From Oligoflexia bacterium (lineage in GTDB: Bacteria; Bdellovibrionota; Bdellovibrionia; JABDDW01), in the NCBI GenBank assembly GCA_043732305.1, contig JAYTHU010000212.1, positions 1-23,547 of the forward strand: a stretch of DNA of 23,547 bases. The letters run 5' to 3'. Positions within the stretch are counted from its first letter, which is position 1, and every line of letters begins with the position of its first letter. The notes below the pieces were generated by a model. That model was not told the origin of the DNA and searched no databases. It saw nothing but the letters and a program-made list of their open reading frames with translations. Shown here piece after piece: positions 9,699-18,270 of this stretch. Both the position numbers and the translations under genes were made by a program.

Positions 9699-10201
9699 TT
9701 GACGAACCTTCGGTGGCGATTCTTGGTTTTTGCAAAATTCAATCGCCTCTCTAACGGGCAAATCAATCATCGCAGCTATATTTAGTAATGACCTTTCGAA
9801 GGCATAATTTTCGATCTCGAAAATGAGATTTAAAAATCTATCTTTCAAGATCGATGAAGAGTGATTATAAAACTCTTACTCGATCACCTGATCTTTTCTT
9901 TTTATTTCAATTTTACAGATTCATGAGATCTTAGTGTCTCGACATGGCCGAGCGCGTTTCGCAGTTCAATCATTTAATTGTTGACAGCTATGTTTTGTTT
10001 TTGAAATTCGTCCCAATTGATGCCCAGATCCTTCAATATTGTTTCGTCATCAAACTTTCTGAGCCATGGAAATTTAGAATCCTTAAGCTTCTTAAGCCAT
10101 CTTGCATCAGGTATAGATTTTAGTGAAGGGATCCAAGCACTGTTTTTAAGAACAGGTGAACTACATCGGAATTTCAGGAGCAGGGCTATTAAACTTAGAA
10201 T

Positions 10202-10217
10202 CGGCATGATCATTGCT
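10202..10217 (+). promoter_or_regulatory. Sigma54 promoter upstream of the exported protein at 10251
   Basis: CGGCATGATCATTGCT with GG-N10-GC spacing and a TTGCT -12 box. It supports 10251 as the true start. Confidence 0.6.
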
Positions 10218-10250
10218 ATGTGGAATGGAAATGAAAGCAGAGGCAAGTTG

Positions 10251-11321
10251 ATGAAAAATAAAGTTCTCTTATTTATAGTTATGACTCTAAGTTTGACATT
10301 CTCGCACCAACAAGTCGAAGGCGCGGTTTCAAAATCCACCTCCTGCATCTTCCTTTTTAATCACCTAAAGAAAAATGTTTCAAGCCTAGCCGATAAGGAT
10401 AGTCTCTACACCACTCTTTCCGAGTTGCCAGAGGATATTCGGCAGGGCGGTGCGAATCTCACACCCAACGTCAACGAGGGCTTCGTGAGTTCCGAGCAAA
10501 ATTTAACTGACAGCCAGAGAATTCAAGCAGCGGGCCGATTGAATGGAATCAGAGAATTCATGCACACGACCGGTAACGAAGGAAGTTCGGAGCAGCGTTT
10601 TATGTTTCACCTTACCCTGCACGGCTCCGAGCAAATCAACGATTTTTTCATGTATCAGTCATTGAATGCGGAGAGAGCCACTTTCAATTCACAAATATTT
10701 GTCAAAATGGCAAGAGTCACGGGAGCTGTCATTGCGGGCTGTTGCTTTTTTCATAATTATTCCGGAGAACACGCTTTTAATCCTTACGTACAGGCCGCGG
10801 CGATTTGGGCATTATTGGATGTTGTCGTGCCTTCTTTTTATGACAATGGCTTGATCATTGAAAAACAGTACGCGGCACTTCTGAAGATTGGTAATCTCAA
10901 CGGCTGGAGATTCTTATCCCAGAACTTTTTGATCAACAAACAAGTTGTAAAAGATCTCTTTTCCGATTATCAAGGCGCTTATTCACTCAATTATATTTCT
11001 CAGAGGCTTGGACGAGTAGTTAAAAAAGTGGGAAATTGGGGAGCAAAAAGACCTGAAGACAAGTTGATTTACAGTCTTGAAAAATCGTGGATGGGTGCGG
11101 ACTTTATTTTAAAAACTATACAAGATGGTTCTCCAGAACTTCACGTGATTATTCGCGGAACCTCTGAGGCTCCGCCGTTTCCAAAATTTTCTCCGGAAAA
11201 GCAAACTTGGGCCGAACGAATCAAAGCTTTGGTCCCAGGGTTTCCACCACGGCCTCGACCTGCGCCAGTACCAGGCCCAAACCCTGGCATACAGCCGATT
11301 CCTCAGCCGATGAAATTTTAA
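10251..11321 (+). CDS. Exported hypothetical protein with internal hydrophobic hairpin and Pro-rich C-terminal tail
   Basis: Start at MKNKVLLFIVMTLSLTFS after GAGG; then VSKSTSCIFLF; tail PPRPRPAPVPGPNPGIQPIPQP. Confidence 0.8.
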   Translation: MKNKVLLFIVMTLSLTFSHQQVEGAVSKSTSCIFLFNHLKKNVSSLADKDSLYTTLSELPEDIRQGGANLTPNVNEGFVSSEQNLTDSQRIQAAGRLNGIREFMHTTGNEGSSEQRFMFHLTLHGSEQINDFFMYQSLNAERATFNSQIFVKMARVTGAVIAGCCFFHNYSGEHAFNPYVQAAAIWALLDVVVPSFYDNGLIIEKQYAALLKIGNLNGWRFLSQNFLINKQVVKDLFSDYQGAYSLNYISQRLGRVVKKVGNWGAKRPEDKLIYSLEKSWMGADFILKTIQDGSPELHVIIRGTSEAPPFPKFSPEKQTWAERIKALVPGFPPRPRPAPVPGPNPGIQPIPQPMKF

Positions 11322-11376
11322 TTTGAGTCAGTCTCTATAGAAACAATTTTAAATGAGCTAATCCCGAATGAGTCTC

Positions 11377-11435
11377 AGAAGTAGAGTTAGAGTTTTGTAC
11401 TGGATGAGTAAAACTTCTTGATCTAACTCTTTTCT
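11377..11435. terminator. Long imperfect hairpin between convergent genes
   Basis: AGAGTTAGA/TCTAACTCT outer stem and GTTTT-G-TACT/AGTAAAAC inner stem. Confidence 0.4.
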
Positions 11436-11549
11436 AAATTTAATACATTCTCCCGACCGATCTTTATAAAATGGACCACAGGGCTTTCCAAGTTTGTATT
11501 GAAGGGCAAGCATTTACCTTTGCGCATAGCTAAAATGAAGTTGGACTCT

Positions 11550-12470
11550 CTAGTGAATTATGATCTGGAGATTTTGCAGGTTGTATCCTAAAGCCGCAGT
11601 TCCACTATCCATGTCTAATACGAGGTAAAACGGTGCTTCTGAAAAATAATTCAACAAGTTCCCAATCGATTGATGATCAGCGTTGGAGAGAGGAGAAGAA
11701 CCGTACAGTTGATCCAAAGCCTTAAACTTTAATTCATCAACGTAGAACCAATGGTTTTCGTTCTCAATTTTATATTTCCCCATCACGACTCGAACAAAAT
11801 AGTGCGTCTCTTGACTCAAACCGGATCCAGTAAAATACATTTCTGTTGCCAAATAGAGGCATGTTGCCACTTTTCCAACATTTATTGATTTTAATTCAAG
11901 ATCACAGACCTGTCTACTTTGTGGCCTAAGCGAACCGCGCGCTATCGTGCGCACATCTTGCACGAGATGATTGAATTTATATATTTTGCTATGTCTCAGA
12001 GGAACAGACAGCAGAGAGATAACTTGCGTCGACCGCAAATTTCTTTCATCCAAGCATACATTTCCTGTTGAGCGATATATTTCGTGCAGAACCAGTAAAT
12101 CAACGCTGTCGCCTTCTTTTGATTTTTCCGCGTCCACAAAATCTTTCCACGTATTCAGAAGTTGAATATCTCCCGGCATACTCCAAGCATCTAAAAATTC
12201 GCTTGGCTTTTTTAGACGTGGATCATTGACCGAAAGTTTTGTCACTAGGTCTATTAAATCAGGAACCACTCGTACCTCAGAATTTCCTAATGCCTGTATC
12301 ATCACACTGCTAGCACATAACATTTCAGCGTTTGGGTTGAGAGAAATTCTTTTGATAATTTCATAAGCTCGCAATCGAAACGCGCCGGCGACTCTTGATC
12401 CTCCGCCTCGCCCCTGAGAGCCATACGATACCGAGCTGATGAGAACAAGGACCAAAAACAAATTCTTCAC
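11550..12470 (-). CDS. Exported hypothetical protein with Gly-rich motif after the signal peptide
   Basis: GTG start at 12470 overlaps the upstream TGA (GTGA coupling); leader MKNLFLVLVLISSVSYG followed by SQGRGGG. Confidence 0.8.
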   Translation of the reverse strand: MKNLFLVLVLISSVSYGSQGRGGGSRVAGAFRLRAYEIIKRISLNPNAEMLCASSVMIQALGNSEVRVVPDLIDLVTKLSVNDPRLKKPSEFLDAWSMPGDIQLLNTWKDFVDAEKSKEGDSVDLLVLHEIYRSTGNVCLDERNLRSTQVISLLSVPLRHSKIYKFNHLVQDVRTIARGSLRPQSRQVCDLELKSINVGKVATCLYLATEMYFTGSGLSQETHYFVRVVMGKYKIENENHWFYVDELKFKALDQLYGSSPLSNADHQSIGNLLNYFSEAPFYLVLDMDSGTAALGYNLQNLQIIIH

Positions 12471-13270
12471 GGGGATTTCCCTTTCGTTAGTGGATAGAAG
12501 CAAATACCAAACTGGTAAACTTCGTCGGCCTGAACTTTGTCTCTTTGTGCAAACTTAGCGAGCTTGCGCCGAAACTCATTGATTAGTTTCTTAATTTTTT
12601 CCATGTCTTGAATGTCTATGGCCATGGTGGTGCTGATGTTATGACGTTTCTCTCGGGGAACTTCGCCAATGGCGACGATGGCCATCTTGAGGATTTGCTG
12701 TTGGTTTTTTTTTAAAGCACTCGTGGTATACGCATCACTTATTCCAGCCTCGGTGTGATCAGCATGACCAATCCATTTTCCTTTCGAAACAATTTCGATG
12801 AGATCGAGACGAACCAATCTTTCAACGGCGGCGTTTACTTCGTTTAGAGAAATTCCCAAGCTTTTTGAAATTTGCTTTGGGTCTGGTTTAAAATTTTTTG
12901 TCCTCATCAATTCTAAAATAGCATCGTGATACCACTCGGAAATTACGGTGAAGGTGTCTATGGTTAAATCCTGAAAATATTGCTTAGTCGGTTCTTCATC
13001 AAAAGCTAAGCTCTGCTTGAATCCTTGAACATCTTGCGGATTGAGATCGAGAGCCTCCACCATGCTTTCGAACGCCGCTCGAGATATTCCTCTTTTCCCC
13101 CGTAGAATTCGGGAAAGAGCGCTGTGATGGATATCGAGAGACTTTGCAAACGCACGTAAGGAATAACTAGAATTTGCTTTGGAACGTCGCAAAAGTTCCG
13201 ACTGCAAAAAAAGGCGAAAATTCTTATACTTATTTATAATCGATAATTTTGATCCCGGTTCCACTTCCAT
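12467..13270 (-). CDS. TIGR02147/DUF4423 family HTH protein
   Basis: N-terminal XRE-like HTH (YSLRAFAKSLDIHHSALSRILRGKR), central ISEWYHDAILEL motif and C-terminal EVYQFGICFYPLT. Start uncertain (13270 or 13294). Confidence 0.88.
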   Translation of the reverse strand: MEVEPGSKLSIINKYKNFRLFLQSELLRRSKANSSYSLRAFAKSLDIHHSALSRILRGKRGISRAAFESMVEALDLNPQDVQGFKQSLAFDEEPTKQYFQDLTIDTFTVISEWYHDAILELMRTKNFKPDPKQISKSLGISLNEVNAAVERLVRLDLIEIVSKGKWIGHADHTEAGISDAYTTSALKKNQQQILKMAIVAIGEVPREKRHNISTTMAIDIQDMEKIKKLINEFRRKLAKFAQRDKVQADEVYQFGICFYPLTKGKSP

Positions 13271-13314
13271 GAACGAGGGTATATTTGATATCATTGTGCG
13301 AAGCAATAAATTTT

Positions 13315-13329
13315 GCACCAAAGTGGTGC
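13315..13329. promoter_or_regulatory. Palindromic candidate operator upstream of the TIGR02147-like gene
   Basis: Perfect inverted repeat GCACCA-AAG-TGGTGC about 45 nt upstream of the likely start. Confidence 0.35.
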
Positions 13330-13719
13330 GACTGGGACAGCAACACTTTAAGCCTAATTTAGAAGGCAGAGCCATTGGCTAAATTTTGTAGTGAATCAGA
13401 GCTCAATGCCCCAGCTTAGGCACCGAACCATTTCTTGAAATTTTTCTGGCAGGGGCTCCGTCTTAACCAAATATTTAATTTACGTTTGCTGATCAATATT
13501 GGAGTGATTTTATTCATACTTATGTTTGTTCGCGTTTTTCTCTATTGATCTTCCCCCGAAAAATTGGCACTGGTAGCTTAAATTATGTTTCCACTGTTTC
13601 GAGGGAAGATCACACAGTCATTTAAAAAGTTTACCCATCGACAAATACAGTGCTTTGCGTTATGTTCGCTTTTCTGAAACGCCACTTGGAACAACTTCTT
13701 ACAAAAGGAGATAATCCCT

Positions 13720-14229
13720 ATGAAAAGTAACATGTTTTTTGTTTTAGCTCTTATTTCTTTGATTGGTACCTTTGCAGCCGCGGATGTTGTCCCAGCCCAT
13801 GTTATACGAGAGTACGTGAACAAAGAGATTCCTCAGTTATTAGAGAATATATCTAAAGAAAGAGGGGTGATATTTAAACTAGTGCCCCAAAGCAATGTGA
13901 CAATCGAACAGCCCCTCAGAGGTTGGTTATCCTATACAAAATCACTGATCCCTTACACAGAAAATGAAACGTGTCGATTGGTTAGTTTTTTTGCTAGCTT
14001 TGGCAGAGATGAATTAGTCAAAGGGGAATTCTATGTTTATGCAAAAGACTATACAACAGTAGCTGACACCAAACTCTATCTTCAGAGGGCCTCTGGCAAC
14101 GCAAAAATTATCAAAGATGTTTTGACCAACAAAGAATACCTTTTGATGGCGGTAGATGGCTGCTTATCTGAATCTGGCCGTAATACAGCTCCAAACTTGA
14201 ACTTTGAGGCACAAGGTCAGAAAAAATAA
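13720..14229 (+). CDS. Exported hypothetical protein
   Basis: AAGGAG RBS; signal peptide ending FAAA; 169 aa. Confidence 0.8.
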   Translation: MKSNMFFVLALISLIGTFAAADVVPAHVIREYVNKEIPQLLENISKERGVIFKLVPQSNVTIEQPLRGWLSYTKSLIPYTENETCRLVSFFASFGRDELVKGEFYVYAKDYTTVADTKLYLQRASGNAKIIKDVLTNKEYLLMAVDGCLSESGRNTAPNLNFEAQGQKK

Positions 14230-14257
14230 CTAAATAATAAATTAAGAGGCTTGACTC

Positions 14258-14460
14258 ATGCTGAAGCATAAAAAAGTAATCATACATTCTTTCGCGCTAT
14301 TTTTAATGGTTTTTGTTTATTCCACACATGGTCATGCTGCCACTGGACTTGATCTTTCAGAGGTTTGCAAAAATGCAATGGTAGCTATCACAGAGCAAAC
14401 GAAAGAGGCTCAAGACCAGCAAGAAGAAAAAGATAAAATGGCGGGGAGAACAATTTCGTC
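14258..14460 (+). pseudogene. 5' fragment of an exported protein, truncated by an IS3 remnant
   Basis: GAGG RBS and signal peptide (...HGHA) then LSEVCKNAM. After about residue 67 the ORF reads through the antisense of IS3 orfA. Confidence 0.65.
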
Positions 14461-14768
14461 TTCATCAGCTTTTTGTGCAAGCGCTCCAACTCTTCTTGCT
14501 CATCCTCAGATTCAACCAAGCTCATATTATTCTTTGGATGTTTCAACTTCCCTTGTCTTTGTTTTGTTTTCCAGTTTTGCAAGCTACTCCCCGGTATTCC
14601 AAGTTGTTTTGCCGCTCGAAAAACTGATCCCATTTCATCAGCTAGACGAACCGCCTGTTGTTTGAATTCTGAAGTATAACGTCTGTTCCGCATTTTTCCC
14701 ATATCTTCCCACCATTTTCTGGACTCGTTGGTACGGTAAAAAGTGTCCACTAAAACGGGGGAACTGCA
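14460..14768 (-). mobile_element. IS3-family remnant: left inverted repeat plus truncated orfA
   Basis: Minus strand begins TGCAGTTCCCCCGTTTTAGTGGACAC (IS3-type TG terminus). OrfA from 14702: MGKMRNRRYTSEFKQQAVRLADEMGSVFRAAKQLGI...EELERL (HTH_Tnp_1 pattern and start of the zipper). No orfB follows. Confidence 0.88.
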
Positions 14769-14821
14769 AAGGTTTTAAAATGAACAATTGCAAAGCCCAA
14801 AAAAGCAGGCGCAAAGAAAGA

Positions 14822-16408
14822 TTACCGCAGAGGTCCAACTAACTGGATAATAGATAATGCACTACCATGCACAACTAACGCTTCTATATTTCCCTCTTTT
14901 TCAAACGGCATAATGTTTGAAATACCTTGCAGCTTTGTCTTGTAGGTAGCAATCGTTTCATCGGAAAAACTGAAATAACTTATTGTATCTTGAGTGGCCC
15001 ATACTAGAAGTTTGTTACCTCTATAGTCTATTTCTACTGGCGGAGCTGATATTTCAGGGGATTTGAACTCAATATCTTTTTTCCTCTTAGGACTGGTGAC
15101 AATCACGGCATTCTTTAGGGCTCCATAGAAATAGAGCTCATCATTAAAGTGGGTGACATTAGATCTTCCTCTACTTAAATAAACGTAACTTTTAAATTTT
15201 TCCTCTTGGACCCCAGTCTGCAAATCAACAATATATAGATCGCCAAAATCCCCAAAAACTGTCTTGAACTTTCCTTGGTCTTCATAGACAGTACATTGAA
15301 CTTCATCGTTTGAGGAAAACCCATTTTTTGGGATTTTCACTCGCGGAAAGAATATTCCGGCTGTGGCATCATAAAAAAGTAATTCTTTTGTGCTTTTCAA
15401 GTAATAATTTATTATGTAATGGCCATCCACAATATCGAGATGAAGCTCACGACCCGGCTCATTTTCAGGCAATGTTAATAATATCTTTTCCGGTTTCCCC
15501 GGATTCGTGATTTCAGATTCGGTAATAAGAATTGGTGCTGATCCTAAAACATTAAGTTTTACTAAGCGAACACCATCTGGCTTTGGAACTGCAATGCTAC
15601 TGTAAACATGGTAGTAGCCATAATTACCATATCTATCTAATTTTTTAAGTTCCGGCGGTCCTGGTAAGTTTCTTAAATTAAAAAACTCATTTGAAATTTG
15701 TCCCGTATCGATATTTGTGACGTCCCCGGCATAGATATAATTTCCGTCCTTAAAATTAAAGAATCCATTTTGTTTATAGCGACGCCCGACGGTATTATTG
15801 AGACTGGTGTCAAAACTTCGCACCGTCCTACTTTCCAAATCTATAACAAAAATATCCACCAAATTTGATCCTATTGCCGTTGGCCTGCTATTCATTGTGG
15901 TTATAAAGTGAGGGGCACTATCGTTAAAACCCACAGGGATTGTGCTTACCAAAAAAGGCATTGATAACGACTCAGTTTCCACCCATGCAACTTCCCTTAT
16001 GCTTTGATGAGTTTGAAGTTCGTCCACTATGAGTTGCACTTCCATTTTAACCACTGACCAATTATCTAAAATTTTATCCCTATGGGAACTGAGTAACTTC
16101 TCAAAAGCAGTTTTAAAAGAAAAGGCGACTATAGAGTCGACACGTTGTGGAACTTTCTCTAAAGGATTGATCGGTTTATCAGAATTTAAAATATTTTTCA
16201 ATTCACTAACACCAAGAATATTTTTAATGACCACCAGGTAGCGCAACAAATTTAAATATTTAATATGCGGCGATTCACTAACGCTCGAACCGCCACTAAG
16301 ACTGGTAAAATAAAAAATGCACTTGCTATTTGGCGCGCCGCCCTTAGTAGAGGTCGCCCAACTCGAAGTGACTGTAAAAAGTGATAAGAAAATGATCTTT
16401 AGAAACAT
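14822..16408 (-). CDS. Exported protein with helical N-terminal region and probable beta-propeller C-terminus
   Basis: Leader MFLKIIFLSLFTVTSSWA then NSKCIFYF; repeated blade-like motifs IFVIDLESR, LLFYDATAG, LYIVDLQTG. The ORF-track start at 16618 is probably too long. Confidence 0.72.
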   Translation of the reverse strand: MFLKIIFLSLFTVTSSWATSTKGGAPNSKCIFYFTSLSGGSSVSESPHIKYLNLLRYLVVIKNILGVSELKNILNSDKPINPLEKVPQRVDSIVAFSFKTAFEKLLSSHRDKILDNWSVVKMEVQLIVDELQTHQSIREVAWVETESLSMPFLVSTIPVGFNDSAPHFITTMNSRPTAIGSNLVDIFVIDLESRTVRSFDTSLNNTVGRRYKQNGFFNFKDGNYIYAGDVTNIDTGQISNEFFNLRNLPGPPELKKLDRYGNYGYYHVYSSIAVPKPDGVRLVKLNVLGSAPILITESEITNPGKPEKILLTLPENEPGRELHLDIVDGHYIINYYLKSTKELLFYDATAGIFFPRVKIPKNGFSSNDEVQCTVYEDQGKFKTVFGDFGDLYIVDLQTGVQEEKFKSYVYLSRGRSNVTHFNDELYFYGALKNAVIVTSPKRKKDIEFKSPEISAPPVEIDYRGNKLLVWATQDTISYFSFSDETIATYKTKLQGISNIMPFEKEGNIEALVVHGSALSIIQLVGPLR

Positions 16409-16420
16409 ACAGCCAAACGA

Positions 16421-16436
16421 AGCATGAAACATGCCA
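16421..16436 (-). promoter_or_regulatory. Possible sigma54 promoter for the 16408 gene
   Basis: Minus strand TGGCATGTTTCATGCT (GG-N10-GC); the ATG follows 13 nt after the GC. Confidence 0.5.
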
Positions 16437-16684
16437 CAATTCATACGCGTACTGGCAAAGGTATGGGTCTGTATGCAAAGGCCAGTGGCTTCTAATGCCG
16501 ACCCTGAAAGTAATATTATCGGATTGAGGTTTGATATTGAAAAAAATTCACTAGCTCCTAGTGCGGGCTCATCGTAAGAGGAAAATATATCTAAAATTGG
16601 CCCTATATGATACGCCACATTATCTTTGTTAAATGACGATTTTATCCAACGCCCAAGAAGTCTGTTGGAGGGGAGTATCTAGAA

Positions 16685-18253
16685 ATGCGTCACGTTACTA
16701 AATTCATAAAAAGTACATTTTCATTTTTGATTTTTACAAGTCTTTCTTGTTTTGCTTTGGCCTCTGCAGTTCCAAGTAAAGAATGTATGGCCATTGTTGA
16801 AGCTCTAGATAAAAAATCCGATGAAAAAGTCGAAGCCCCGCTGTTTAAAATTGGTCCCCAGAAAAATCTTTTGGGACTCACAGAGCATGGATTTAAAAAA
16901 GTCCTTGATGCCCGTCAGAGCTTGATTTCAGCAGATCATTTAATGAACTATAATTTTTTTGAAGTGGAGTCTGACGTTGAGGCTCTTCGTATTGCACAAG
17001 TGGGGCAATACAACATTCAGGCGACTGGGGGACCTGGGGGAGCAAAAACAGACTTTTTCCGTAAGGGCATACCTGGTCTTTGGGTAAAACAAGTGCATGA
17101 AATGATGAACGAGGTTCCGCTGATTGGTGGACAAACACACAAAGGAGCTCAAGAAGGGCGGGAAGACATCAATTCGAGTGGCACAATGCTTGATGCTCGT
17201 TATGCCATGATTGATGAAGGTCAAAACATGAACCCCGCAGTGGCTCTCGCTATGCTGAGTCTTATCAATGAGAAAGCAATATTTTCTAATGGCATTGAGA
17301 GAAAAGCAAAACAATTGCGTACAGTCGTTTTCACCGGAAATGCCAATCAATATGAACTTCGTGAAACTTTTAGGGAGAGTGGACGTGGGCCTTCCGGCGT
17401 GGCTCTTTTTAATAGACTTCATATAAAAATAGATTTTCAAAATTGGCTGTCTGATGAGTCTCAAGCAAAATTAGACAAGCTTGAAAGAAAACGAAAGCAT
17501 CTGTTAGCCATCTCTCAAAGTGATAAAAGTATTTTGGAAGATCTGATTTTTCAAAAGCCAGAGGCCATTGATGACGATACCATCGAAAGGTTTGCTTTTG
17601 CTTTTTTTGAAACAAATGACGAGTTTGAAGTAGTGCTTCGTACTTTTGTCCAAAAATTAAAAGAGGCTACAGCCGCGGCAGTCCAAGATAGCGCCAGGGA
17701 TGCAAAAGATGACAAAGACAAAACCCCTTACGTTCTTGTTCCATCGGTGAAGTTCACTACTCGATTAAGAAAAGAAGTGGCAAATTTTGCCATCGTCTCA
17801 GCAGCGCTAGATTATTTAAGATCGCCTCTGGCCACACCAGAAAATTTGGCAAAGCTTGGTGAGAAGAAAATAAAATTGGGGCCCCTTTCCCTCTGGAGAA
17901 CATGGCCTTTACTTACAGTTGTAGGCGGGAATCAAGTAGTTTTTGATCCTTTCAAGCAGACAATCCATTTTGAGGCCAAGGTCATTGGTAAAAACGAAAT
18001 CCAGCCACAAGATCATGAGAAACTGATTCGTGAAGCCGAAGACAAAAGAGATGAAGTGGGAATCACCCACAGAAAAGAAGGACAAGGCAGATTTTTTGCA
18101 GCGCTTTCAAATCAGTGGACCCATTTAAAATCTGTTTCTGAAGAGGTGGCGAGAATCACTGATGTCGATCTCGATGAAATCGATTTAGACAAAACTGATT
18201 TTGAACTCACTTTAGCTAAACATGGCAGTCCTAATGTCATGAAATTAAAATAG
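16685..18253 (+). CDS. RavA-like (MoxR family) AAA+ ATPase with N-terminal signal peptide
   Basis: Walker A GGPGGAKT (aa 115-122), Walker B YAMIDE, then PAVALAMLSLINEKAIFSNG, sensor-1 FTGN and Arg finger ALFNRL. These parallel RavA motifs GPPGxAKS, FLDE, PAILNTLLTAINERQFRNG and ALYDR. GGAGG RBS. Confidence 0.85.
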   Translation: MRHVTKFIKSTFSFLIFTSLSCFALASAVPSKECMAIVEALDKKSDEKVEAPLFKIGPQKNLLGLTEHGFKKVLDARQSLISADHLMNYNFFEVESDVEALRIAQVGQYNIQATGGPGGAKTDFFRKGIPGLWVKQVHEMMNEVPLIGGQTHKGAQEGREDINSSGTMLDARYAMIDEGQNMNPAVALAMLSLINEKAIFSNGIERKAKQLRTVVFTGNANQYELRETFRESGRGPSGVALFNRLHIKIDFQNWLSDESQAKLDKLERKRKHLLAISQSDKSILEDLIFQKPEAIDDDTIERFAFAFFETNDEFEVVLRTFVQKLKEATAAAVQDSARDAKDDKDKTPYVLVPSVKFTTRLRKEVANFAIVSAALDYLRSPLATPENLAKLGEKKIKLGPLSLWRTWPLLTVVGGNQVVFDPFKQTIHFEAKVIGKNEIQPQDHEKLIREAEDKRDEVGITHRKEGQGRFFAALSNQWTHLKSVSEEVARITDVDLDEIDLDKTDFELTLAKHGSPNVMKLK

Positions 18254-18270
18254 TAAAAACGGGGCATGAA

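Noticed and set aside
10017..10250. N-terminal extension of the 434-aa ORF
   Set aside because: A signal peptide, RBS and sigma54-like motif all point to a start at 10251.
14461..14665. C-terminal half of the 135-aa ORF at 14258 as a real protein domain
   Set aside because: It is the antisense of IS3 orfA read through after truncation.
16409..16618. N-terminal extension of the 598-aa ORF
   Set aside because: The signal peptide begins at 16408; the extension would fill the divergent promoter region.
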